From contig CM060733.1 of assembly GCA_030704615.1 (NCBI GenBank), positions 55,180,001 through 55,244,000 of the forward strand: a stretch of DNA of 64,000 bases, given 5' to 3'. The notes under the pieces are model-generated. The model ran no database searches. It was not told where the DNA came from and saw only the letters and a list, made by a program, of their open reading frames with translations. Positions 49,590-61,288 of the stretch are shown piece by piece. The stretch comes from Takakia lepidozioides. Lineage: Eukaryota > Plantae > Bryophyta. Position numbers and translations under genes: made by a program. Positions within the stretch are counted from its first letter, which is position 1; each line of letters starts with the position of its first letter.

Positions 49590-52500
49590 ACATGTTGCGG
49601 CTTATGGTTTGGAATACTAGGTTCCTAACATAGCCTACACCTGCACCTGCACCCACCGCAAGCACTCCTATGGTTGGTTGGTCACCACCTCCAACCTCAC
49701 CACAGGAGAAACAATGACGGTCTGACTGGTATTCACCCCAGCCTCACCATCGACAGCATTCTCTAGGACTGGCCGGTGATCAAATCCGGACCAATCACCT
49801 ATAAAAACAAGCGCCCACACAAAACTAACATGGTGCACAGTCAAGCATGCAGGTATGGAGGGGATCCAAACACAATCTAAATCAGAATGACAACTTCCCC
49901 ACACCAAAACACTCTCGATGTTGCTCCTGCAAGGACACACCAGCCAGCCCAACCCGGACTGACTCTTGCCTCCACCTACGGAAAGGTCTTGGCCTAATGA
50001 GAGGGTGAAAAACTACGGGGAAGAGAAGCTAAAGCCCTAACCCCAGCATGCCCTCATCCAACACTCTTCCTCTCCTCTCTTCCCTTACTTGCATGACCAT
50101 GGGAATATCATGAAGATACCTCAAACCCTCCACGAGCTTCAAAATTTGGCCTTCAAGACCACATGTCAGTCTTCAGGCAGTCCACCAGTGCCTCCACGAG
50201 TTAGTATAGGCCGTCCACAGGTCAACACGGGCCACCACGGACCAGCACAGGCCTACACAGATCACTGGTCACAGCCGTCACAGCCCGGCCACAGCCCACA
50301 GCCCATCACAGCCCACTGGCCACAGCCTCACACCATCACCAGCCTACACAGGTGATAGGGTCACAGCATCACAGCCACAACCTGTCACAGCCCATCACAG
50401 CCCCACAGGCCACAGGTCACAGCCTATCACAGCCGGTCACAGCCCCACAGGTCACAACCTGTCACAGCCCCAAAGGCCACATGGCACAGCCCATCACAGC
50501 CTATCACAGCCGGTCACAGCCCCACAGGCCACAACCTGTCACAGCCCGTCACAGCCCCATCCATGGCCGCTCATGGCAGTTTAGCCATTTCTCCAAGGAA
50601 TTTAGCCACGCCAAGCTAGGGTTTGTGTCTCTTGGACTCTAGGCTTCTTTGCACCAAGCTATGGTGGCTGTGAGGAAATCAAGGTATTCTTTCTCTTTAT
50701 GGCTCCCACACACCACCAATAGTAGCTCTAATTCCAATGAAAGATGTTTGCAACAAAAACTAAGTGCACAAGCTTCCTTTTAACTCACAAAACAGCGCCA
50801 TTGATCCCTATGGCGACTAACCAAACATGGCTGACTTCCAGCCCTTGTAGGCACTCATTCACACGCTTTTCTTGACCATAGCATGCCCCTTTGCACCTAA
50901 TTCAGCCCCTGCACCTGCTGCTTCAAGAGTTGTGCTCCTGTCAAGCTTGAAGTTGAAACCCCAACTCACATAAGCCCTATAAGTGCTTTTCTTTCACCCC
51001 AAGTGGAAACCAGCCCTAGCCCTTCCATTCTAGCTCTCTAAAGCTTGAAAACAAGATCCTCAATGGGCTGAAGGCATGCTCCACACATGCCCCACTCTCA
51101 CCATAAGAGAATCAGTTCATTTGCTTCATTTCTTGCACCCACAAACCTGAAAATACAAGCTTCAGCGGGCTGAAAGCATGCTCCACACATGCCCTACAGG
51201 GAAACCAGCCCCTTCCTTCCTTTCTTGCACTCCCAAACCTGAAAGAACAAGCCTTCAACAGGCTGAAAGCATGCTCCACACATGCATTGCCCTCACATAA
51301 GGAAAGTCAGCCCTTCCCTCTTCCGTGCTTGCCCTCCAAGCTTGAAGATGGAAGCTTCAATGGGCTGAATGCATGCTCCACACATGCATCCTCTTCACAC
51401 AAGAGGTAATATCAGCCCCCTATCTTGGCTCCTTGGTGATGCTCTCTAAGACAAGACTAAGCACTCCACAGCCTTTGCCAAGCTCCTGAAACCCTAAGGC
51501 TTATATTTCCAGCCATAAGACATTCCTCTTGTGGTGCAAGAGCTCTTCTTCCAAGCTCTGAAACCCTAGGTGCACATTCCATGGCCTTGCCGCACCTCTT
51601 AGCTCCTATTCCAGCCCTACTCTTGCCATGGCAAGAGCCCTCATACCGCTGGAGTTTCAGATTGAAACCCCCAACTCAACATAGCCACAAATGCATTGGC
51701 TTGCATACAAGAGAAATCAGCCATCTCTCTTCACTCATACCTCCTTATGAGCTTGAAGTTGGAGTTCCCGATAACTGTGACTTGCATCTAACACCCTCGC
51801 AGCTCCATACTCACCACACTTGGCTGCCATAGCGTTGAGCTATGCAACACTGCTCTTCAACACAGGCTACCCCCTCTATATCCATTGCAAACCTGAAACT
51901 TGTTCGTCATCGCACCCTATCCGCTTTGGATAGGCTCATGCACTGATCCCTGCACTCTAAGCTGAGTTGTTTTTCATCTGAAAATACACACGTGCTAACA
52001 ACTAACTCGTATCTAGTGATAAAGAAGAAGAATACAAGCACAAGCTCATGCGAGCTCACAAAGCTGAAGCATAAACTCATGCATATATAACCTCATCACT
52101 CAAATACAAGTCAAGCCAAGTGCACCCCACGCCATGGGGAATCCATACTACGGCGCCATAGCTAGGCGCGGTGAGGCTCAACTCGAGAAAGGTGAGCCTC
52201 CCGCGCTTGCTGTGAAGATAACCACTCCAGGGCCTAAATCTGTCTTGATCCCTGGATTGACACTTGGGCCAATTCCAAATATCAATATGTAAAAGCTAGT
52301 TATTTCCTAGCTAGTTTCACATTAGTGGTAAAATAACTTGACAAGATCTTGAGTCTGATCGGCTTGTAATTGGGCGGTAGAGGTACGAAGTTCTTGCATC
52401 TGAAGCTGAAAACTCCGCAATGTGGCGACCATTTCCGCAAATGTGCCATCCATCTTAACTAACTAAGGAACAAACTTTAGTCTTGTCAAACTGTTAAGGA

Positions 52501-53152
52501 CGAGAACATGACTGAACACAAATAAGATATCAGACTAGAGGTACAAGACTAGACAAGAAGTCAAGGTCGGCGTGGCCGAAGGCATAGTGGGTAAACATGA
52601 ATCAAGATGATCTTAATAGCAATGGACAAGAGTACAAGATATTGGAACTCGACTTGAATATTGGAATGTTAGAAGCTGGACTGGAGTACTAGATACTGGA
52701 AATTGGACTAGAGTACTGGAATTGGAAACAAAAGTAGCTTGAACTTGTGTTGGCGAGACTGAAGAATGTCGAGTCTCGCCTCCTATATATACTGGCTACT
52801 ATGAAGTTCCCTAAGAAGCTTTCCCAATGGCGGTTTCTTGATGGAGAAGTTTTCTCCAAATGAAGCTTCATGAGCAGCTTCCCAGGTTATTCTCAGTAAT
52901 TTGGTAAACTCCCGATAACTTGGTAACTAATGACAACTTATGGTAAATCACGGTAGATCATGGTAAATCATGGTAACTTCCGATAACATGGTAATTTGAT
53001 AACTTCTGGTATTTACTCCTGGTAAGTTCCTCTGGGCTATGTCCGTGATAGAATGATATAGATATTTGTATGTAGCTCACTGGTAAAATGGTGGCTAGGT
53101 AGGATTCAAAAAATGAAAAGGAAGGCAGGGAGCACATGGGGGATATCACGAC
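49590..53152 (-). mobile_element. Non-coding LTR-type element (LTR about 53152-52165, PBS-like TGGCGCCG at about 52160, repetitive internal region)
   Basis: Minus-strand start TGTCGTGATATCCCCC, TATATATA at about 52785, and internal GCATGCTCCACACATGC repeats (51070-51390). No pol ORF. Confidence 0.5.
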
Positions 53153-53189
53153 AGCATATTGATCTCCTAAATAGACCAACCACATCAGT

Positions 53190-53552
53190 TATGGTGTTAT
53201 TTAACTACTTCTCAAAATCTAGAGGACAATTTAAATTCAAATATGATCGTACCGACAACACGTGAGATGTAGACTCAATTATTAGTTCAGTCACTATGAC
53301 TTTCGATAGAACGCAAAACGTTTATACTCTAAATGCTGATGATGCGAATGCTTTAAATGAATTTATTTCAACCAAATAATACATTCAATTGTCTTGTAAA
53401 AAAAAATCTTTTATTGTATTATTAATATAGGGTGTCCAATATTTGTTTGAAACAATAAATTATAATTAAAATAGCATGCCAAAAATTCACCATATTACAA
53501 AATTATGTAATTATAGGGTACTAAAAAATACCCAAAGTAAAAGTAATATGCC
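53190..53552 (+). mobile_element. Probable 3' end of another DNA transposon (transposase C-terminus and ...TGCCC end)
   Basis: The frame KSRGQFKFKYD...IISSVTMTF...VYTLNADDANALNEFI* loosely resembles the Sola2-type C-terminus at 15000-15124. An AT-rich tail follows. Confidence 0.35.
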
Positions 53553-55024
53553 CCTACAAAATACCCATTTATCTCACGTGCCCCTATACAAGTGATAGGG
53601 AGTGACTTCCCCGGGAATGAATGAAGAGAATAAGGAAAAAGTTTCCAAAATTACAGAATCTTGATATTCTTCAAGGAGAGACATCAGGACGAACTTACAC
53701 CAATAATCCAGAAGATCGGGAGGTCAGATCTCCAGAAACTGAGAATACTACACCAGAAGGAGCTGCGAGTAATACAATCATCGAATGGTTACCACAAGAA
53801 AGATCTGAAGCACCTTCCACAGTAACAAGCCCAAATCGAGGTTTTGAGGAATTATTGGAAGAGAAATTTGAAGATCTCTTAAGTGAAGAAGGCGAAAGAA
53901 TTGAAACTGCTTCTCCAGAAAAAGTAACCAGAACAGCACTCAAAGCTTTTAAAGATTCATTAAGTTTAGTGGGAACAGCAGCTAGCAGCAGCTATCTTTG
54001 GGACAAAGGCCTCCTAGTTTCGAATCTCTCTTTGGAAGATAGACACCAGCAACACCACTAGTATTGACAATCCCAACACCACCATTGTCAACATCGGCTG
54101 GACCATTTCAATTTGGACAAACCACAGCACCAGTTGCACCAGCAGCACCGATGGCTCTAGTAGCAAGCAGAACCCGATCACCATTTCCTCTATATGATGG
54201 GAAATCTGATCCGGATATCCATCTTAATCAATTTGAGAACATGTGCACGATCTACAATGAAGCCACGGATAAGAAGAAGAGACAAACCCTTTGGACGCTC
54301 TAGGAGCGTTTCAGGCAAATTATGATCTTCCAGACTCTCTTAAATTATTTGAGACAGATGAAGAAGAAACAACAGGAAAATGAAGAGCCAATCTCTCAAG
54401 GATTAACCAACATTAGCATGGGAACGTATGCAGTCACCACAAAAGAAGTAGAAGAACTTTCAGACCAAGATCAAGATGATTGGCGATGGCCAATCAAACA
54501 TTACCAGATAACCGGGAAATTCCCTCAAGAGTACACTAATGATGACAGGATGAAGCTTTCAATGAAAAACAAAGCATACACGGTAATCAGAGGAATCCTT
54601 TACAAAATGGGAATTGATTCCATCATGAGAAGATGTGTGGACAAAGCACAGGCCAAAACCGTGATGCAGGAATTACATGAAGGAATATTAGGAGAGCACT
54701 TCAGTTATGATCTAACAGCAAAGAAGATATTATTGGCAAAATACTGGTGGCCTACAATATTCGGAGACACTTACAAACGCTGCCAACAGGTGTGATGTCT
54801 TCCAAAGAATGGGACCAGTAGAAAGAACTGGAAAAGGAGCTATGCACCCAATATTACTGCTTGATTATCCCATATGATGGACCCAGGTGCCATGGCCAAG
54901 TAACAAACCATTAAAACATTATGGTATGAGACAAACACAATTGAAAACAATATTTATTCAAACATGATGTACAGTCAGAGGTCTACAAGTTTCTATCCAT
55001 CCTCCAGTAATTTTTGGGCTCAGG

Positions 55025-56175
55025 CTAATTGAATAGCCCCGTCATGAAACGCTTCACAACATTTTTTAGTTTGTACCGCAACTCTACTGTGTCTACACAC
55101 AAGTTTTCCAGAGCGGAAGCAAAACAGGTTCCAGTAGACATATCGTTGAACAGACTTGCATCGAACGTGTTACCCCCATTTATTGCCTGGACTATCTTCC
55201 CAATTGCAAAGGTCTCTGATGGCACGGTTAGAGGGGGCCTACGAGGTGTGCCATCTGACTGGTTGTTGGCTACATTATGAACAATTGCAATTTCAGGTGC
55301 AATCCACCATCTATGTGCGAGAGTTTTTATCATCTTGTCACTGCTCTCAAAAATGTACAACGTGGTTTTTGGGTCATCCGTCGTGGAGGCCATCCCCCAA
55401 TCGCATACCCCGATGTACACATCTTCAGACCCTTGTGGAAAATGCAACAAGATGTTGTCGGGGGACATGTCGTTGTGCAAGAGGTGGTGATTATGGACGT
55501 TGAGCATGATGTGCAAAAACGCCCATGCCAATTGGGTGCGATTCTGTCGGAATTAAACGAGTCGGTTGATCTCTTGCATCTGCTCCATCCCCCGTCGTTC
55601 CAATAACTCCCTGTTATCCCGATCGTTCCCCCATTTCCTGTCAATACTCAACCATGATCGTATGGTCCCCCCATTCCACCAATGTGTGCAACCTTCATTT
55701 CGACGTGGATGCCGCAAAATACTTTATGATGCCGAAATGATGGAACTTTACAGCCAACGCCTCATTGTTATGTTGGACTTTGGCAAGCTGAGCATTTGTT
55801 TCCCTGGGCGTTTTCCCTGCTAGCTCCCAAGATGGAGGAATGAATTGATCCCCAACAATTCTAACCCTCCGAATTATACCATACCCTCCCTGTTTGGGCG
55901 CGTCGAGTTGTTGTACACGTGCGTTTGTGGATATGTATCTCACGTTCAATGCTGCATCCGGACCCTGCCTTCCATGGGAGTGGTTTTGTACGTCATTTGG
56001 CGTGGGTCTTTGCCATGTCAGACCACCAATCCACAAGCACAAACAACTCCTCCTCCGAAGTTGACATGCGACCTTCAGCTACAGGTGTTCTCGTAACAAA
56101 CTTGTCCATGGTTTGCCTCAGATTCCATGTGGCATCATGGGCCCAGTTCAGAGGGGGAGCACATTGCCACAACAC
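55025..56175 (-). pseudogene. Intronless protein kinase, frameshifted
   Basis: QGGYGIIRRV (G-loop), LAGK, NEAL, LLHNDMSPDNILL, VCDWGMA and WIAPE. Confidence 0.85.
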
Positions 56176-56429
56176 TCAAATACTCAAATAAAATCTCAAA
56201 CTTTCGTTAAAATACACCACCCCACTCCTACGCACCCTACATTTCACAACAATTACGTCACTTACTGCCTTAATCCTCAACAAAAGAAAGATTGAAAGTG
56301 GCCAGCTTGCCACTATGTAACTGGTTCTGCTTCTGATAGAGCCCACCCCCAAAAGGGGGCAGTACATGCAAGGGGAAGAAGCTCTTATTTACTCGAGCTC
56401 CGGTGGGCGTCATATGTAAATATATGATA

Positions 56430-56720
56430 TTAACAATCAATATATGAAGCGAGGTAGAGGTAGTTTGTTTGTTTTGTTTTGTAGTGTCATTGAGATCTCC
56501 CAAACCGCGGGCCCCAGCCCTCGTGCTTGGTGCCGTTGGAAAGCCCCCCATGAGGAGGGGTGCACCGGCTTGGTCTCGACCTGCGGTGTGGGAAATATCA
56601 AATTTCAAGTACTTTTGGTCGCTGGAAATTCGTGAAAAATAACAAAGTGGGCTTTCCTGGAGCAATGATTGGCCCTTCATGTGGGAGATTTGGAATTTCA
56701 AGTGTTTTCGGTCACAGGAA
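56430..56720 (+). repeat. Dispersed non-coding repeat, copy 2
   Basis: Homologous to 7280-7560. Confidence 0.8.
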
Positions 56721-56929
56721 ATTCATGAAAAGAAATATATTGATAACAATGATTTTGTACTAGAGAACGGGCCGGTTAGCCGCTCACTTGACAGAGTCGG
56801 CCCTACCCAGCCCGTCACTGGCATAAAAAGCAGATTTGTGGAGTATTCTCGGCCCTACCTGGCCCAAACTGATTGGGGTTGAATAATCCCATATCGATTG
56901 CCCATATTCAGAACCCCGTGGAGGATATA

Positions 56930-57130
56930 AACCACTGTTGGGCGGTTCTTGCATTTGTGAAGGAACCTTCGGTTCCGAATTTCAATAGACGGTTCCGGAT
57001 CCGGTTCCGGTTTCTTTTTCTTGAGCCGGTTCTGGTCCGGTTCCGGATCCAACTTTTAAACATGGGGGCGGTTCCGGTTACCGGTTAGTTGCTGAAAAGA
57101 ACCACCGGTTTCCGGTTAAGTTCCGGTTCT
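56930..57130. repeat. CCGGTT/GGTTCCGG subterminal-repeat cluster of a non-autonomous DNA element
   Basis: About 10 GGTTCC/CCGGTT motifs followed by an AT-rich tract. Confidence 0.6.
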
Positions 57131-57904
57131 ATTTTTAATTTGTTTCTATTTAATCTAATTATTTTTAAAATATTTTATCAGTATGGGAAATTAGTTGGTA
57201 CATTAAAATATTCAACTAAAATTCAGGAATTTTGTTAGTTTTCATTGAAACAAAAATAAACTAAAAAACCTGTAAGAGAAAATAGATAAATTTTTGTGGG
57301 TTGAAGGTATCAATATAATTGAGCTAGCTTGATGTATTGGCATATACTAGCAATTTGATTAGTGAACCCAGGACTCTGCTGAAGGGTTGAACCCAAGATC
57401 TCATGGAGCTCCACGATTGAACCTAGGATCTCATGGAGCTTGAGAGAGTTAAAGAAGTTTTGCCATGGGGCCCACCAGGTCTCCACACATTTGAGCTGTT
57501 ACGATCTGAGGTTGGGTAGCATGTGAGCACAAGCGAATATTAAGGATATTCCCTAGATGCCTTTAGAATATTCTCCAGCGAAACTGAAATTGAAAAGCTA
57601 AAAACTTTGCGAAACTTTTTTTAACTGCTCACATAGGCCCTCACAGCATCACTTAAGAAACAAGTAACGCCTATACATTACCCTATAGGCGTGGGGTTTC
57701 CTCACGTTATGCGAACCAGATACCCCAGAAAACCCCAGAAAAACAAAAATCGTGGTTTTCAGTCCGGGCATCGGCAGTTTAAGCCCCAGAAAAGTTATTT
57801 TCGCATTAAGAAAATAAAATCTGAAGGTACTCATATGCACCGTGCCTGTTAACATGTAAGTCGAATCCTATGACTGTGGTGTCTGGCCCTGCTCCAATCC
57901 CCAA

Positions 57905-58295
57905 TTGCCATCCGTCCGAAACTATCAATCATTCAAACCGTACTACAAACACAAATTCAATACTCATTTCACGCCGCACCCTTCTCCCTATTGGACATCA
58001 AAAAACTTGATAAAAGCATTATTCAACTTACAAAATGCGTACGTGGCTTACCCACTAGTACCCCTAATGTCCTCACACAACTCCCAACTGACAGCTACGG
58101 AATCGGTTCTAGCCCATTGATCATATCATATGCTCGCACATTAGGCACACAACTTAACGATCCTGGACGTCTCGGTATCATTTATCAGGGTCTCCTCAAA
58201 TACCTTGCATTAAAATACAATGGCATTTACTCACTATCATCCTTGCATCCAGAGGCCTGCTTACACTCCCATACTGCCCGCACACTACTCTTGCA
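57905..58295 (+). pseudogene. Non-LTR retrotransposon fragment (post-RT/thumb region)
   Basis: APFSLLDIKKLDK...GLPTSTPN...LP..SYGIG resembles the LP..GGLG region after LINE RTs. Confidence 0.5.
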
Positions 58296-58409
58296 ACGAG
58301 TATTTACGGGTGGTTTCCCCGATACCCAGTCCTCCATTTCCACCTCCAGCGAGGTTAGTCAGTCCTTCGCCGTCAGTAGTGTCAGTTATGGCCCATATTC
58401 CGAGGCCAC

Positions 58410-58610
58410 TTGAGGTGCCCATTGTGGTTCCGGCAGGTCTTGTCCCGCTAACATTGCCCAGGCACTTGCCTTAGTTTTCCGGGGAGGCACATGAGAACCC
58501 AGAGTATCATGTGAAGAATTTTATTCAATGTTGCTACTCTAACCAAGCATTGGACAATGCGTATTGGCTGATCTGGTTTCCCACAACCATGAGAGGAAGA
58601 GCATATGTAG
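58410..58610 (+). pseudogene. Retrotransposon Gag fragment
   Basis: LP*FSGEAHENPEYHVKNF...WFPTTMRGRA. Confidence 0.65.
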
Positions 58611-59599
58611 ATCTTACTTTTGATTGGATTTGCTAGTTGTTTGGTTGTGCATTAGAGGACTACCTAGAGGCAGAGGAACGCCACCCTCATCCATCGAGTA
58701 TCACTCAACTCATCTGTCGTCCGAAGTTTTATAACAGCCGCAGCAACGACGCAACGACACTCGTCATCGAGCTAATCACAGATAGGCGATTGGACTTGGC
58801 CGCGATAGTGCACGATATTGTGGATCGAAGATTGTCCCCATGAAGCACCGCGAGGCCCCATTCCGGATCCACAGCGACCACCACCGTTTTACTTTGCGAA
58901 GGACATCCCACTAGTTTCCTTCCAGTTATTCCATTAAGGGTAGTGCATTCCCTTTCGTCTGCTAGCAGCTCCCCGTATACCTCAGTACCCGGATTACCCA
59001 TTGGTAGGGACGAGGAAGTGACGGCCTCCATTTAGGTGGCAAGTTGATTTCTTCACCCATTTTGAACCCTGTCAATTCTTTGTGGCACAACACCTGGTTC
59101 TAAAGGCAGATTGTGAACATTATAGAGGCCCTTGGCCTATGGGACGGCCGTTGATGCATGGTACTTTACACACGGATGTACCACCATCACCAAGGTTCCA
59201 CGGTAGGTACCCTGCTTTATCCTCCTTCATTCTTGATATGGTCCTTCAAGGGAATATAGGCCCCTTGATGCAATCAGAAGTAGGAGCGACATCATTGCAA
59301 CAGTGAGTGTAGCTCAGGATCGAGAGAAACACTCCCAAGTTTAGTTGACACTAGGCTGCAGAGTCGGCTAGCCAAAGAGGCAGTCAGGGACCAGTTGCTA
59401 GGAAAGAGTTCAGCATTGAGTCCAGAGTCCGATTCGGACACCCGAAGTCTAGAAATGATAGATTGGGAACAAGAATAATTTTTTTTTTTTAGTAAACATA
59501 ACGACCATCATGCAGTTGACGACAACCTACTCTTAACCTCTTTGGGAAAATTGCGGTAGTAAATTAGAGTAAAGAATTAGACCATCATTACCTATGGAG

Positions 59600-60003
59600 A
59601 CGTAGTATCAACTACTAACACAATATTTTGAAGTAGTCTGTTTGAGCTGAGTACTATAATATGATACATTGTTGTCATGTCGCGTGGCTTCATTAAGAAA
59701 ATTAAACTAAAAAAGACACGTGTCTAAGAAGAATCTCCAATGACCGATAGCCATGTCAGATTTTGTCTCCAATTATCGATAATACTGGGTAGTTAGACAA
59801 CTATGCCACATCGGCACATGGCATAATTATCGGAGTATCGATAACTACTGTAATAAACTACTCATGCCATGTCATGAGTTTTACTACTAGGCTGTCTGAA
59901 TCCACTGGTTCTTTGTAACTCAGACTGACCCAGTAGTAGGGTGTCTTTTACTACTTAAAATGAGTAGTAAGCCCAGTAGTAAAATCCCATTTTCCTTCTA
60001 GTG
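59600..60003. mobile_element. CACTA-like terminal fragment
   Basis: Ends ...TTTTCCTTCTAGTG (CACTAGAAGGAAAA) with TACTAC/GTAGTA subterminal repeats. No partner end found. Confidence 0.55.
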
Positions 60004-60919
60004 ACAAATCAGAAATGATAAGAGACGTGACTCTTTGTCAGTGTCATTAGCAATGTAGGTGGTGCCTAAATGTCCACAGTCCAAGAAAGTTTCAACGGCA
60101 AGCAGATATGAATTTCAAATCACTGAACGACCTCCCTATACTCTAACCACCATTCTTCAAAAAAGGAGGGCCACCTTGGAAGGTTAGTAAGGCACATTAA
60201 TGACAAAGGTTGTCTTGTTAGAGTACATGCGATTCTTTGTATGTTTGTCATCATGTATGTTGACATAACTTGTGTTTTAAAGAGTCAGCATATTTAAAGT
60301 GGTAGATTCTTTTGTGTAGATGACAACAACAACAAGAAACTGAACACAAGAGTTCGTGAGAAAAACACAAAGGAAGTACATGACTGATCTCTAAGTGACA
60401 TGTCTGCATGGAAGAAGATAATGCTGAAGCATGTTCACATATATAGGTTTACATCTTACATGTCCAAGTAGGGAGAGAGAGAGAAGATGCCGGCCAAGGC
60501 CAGCGTAACTAAGAGCCACTTCGCTTTGCGGCTACTGCATCCTTTCGGAGGTGGGCCCTCATGTCCAAGTATATACATATAGCTGTGCTTTTGTTTGGTG
60601 AATCTTTTTTGGGCCAATGAGGCTGGAAAATTTAAGGAACATCTTGTGATTGATTACATAGTCTAACATATCTTGTAGGACTTTATAGCTGCAGAAAATG
60701 ACGAGACAGGCATGTTGTGAAAATTGTAGGATGCCAAGCTGTCAAGATGCACAATTTTACTCGAATTGCAGTTTGAAAATAGTCACAAAGCCTAAAAGAG
60801 TGGACGTCATATGCCTTCCTCAAAAATTCCAGGTACATTTTTTGATAGAAGCAATGAACTCAAAGGCATTGGGTGTGATCAACTCTATATTAATTATATG
60901 TGTACTGTTTGTTTTTCAG

Positions 60920-61288
60920 GGACAGCTTGCACCAAATGCTAAGGTCCTGACCTATGAGGAGATCTTTCTCCCCCCTGCCACTCCATTTCGTGAGCCCAAT
61001 AAAAGAATATGGTAAAGAAGCACTTCATCGGAATTATTATCTCACACTTCTTCACGATCGCAGGCTCCTGAAAGAGAGTGGCTCGGAGATGCAGGATACT
61101 ACTCAGAGGTCCCCAACCTGCGGGATGATGTCGACGCTCGTTTGGAAGCACAATATACTCTAGTACAACACTGATCAGTTTTGGATCAGTACTCACTTAT
61201 AGATGGCATCCAGAGGACATCTATGAAGCAGCAAAGGAAACGCTACACTATTATCGAAAGACTTCACACCGGGAGAAAAGTCCCTAAT
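60920..61288 (+). other. Possible short exons of an unidentified gene fragment
   Basis: AG/GT-bounded coding-like blocks (GQLAPNAKVLTYEEIFLPP...; WHPEDIYEAAKETLHYYRK). Splice phases could not be reconciled and no family was recognised. Confidence 0.25.

Larger units (their letters stand above)
48620..54870 (+). mobile_element. Ty3/gypsy remnant(s) related to 38050-42608: LTR start, nested inserts, Gag fragment joined to an integrase zinc-finger fragment
   Basis: TGTTAGAGGGCTGTCTGGGACTTAGAC start. SPFPLYDGKSDPDIHLNQF at about 54180. ELHEG...EHF...YWWPT...C (54322-54795). Whether the LTR and the coding fragments belong to one element is uncertain. Confidence 0.7.
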
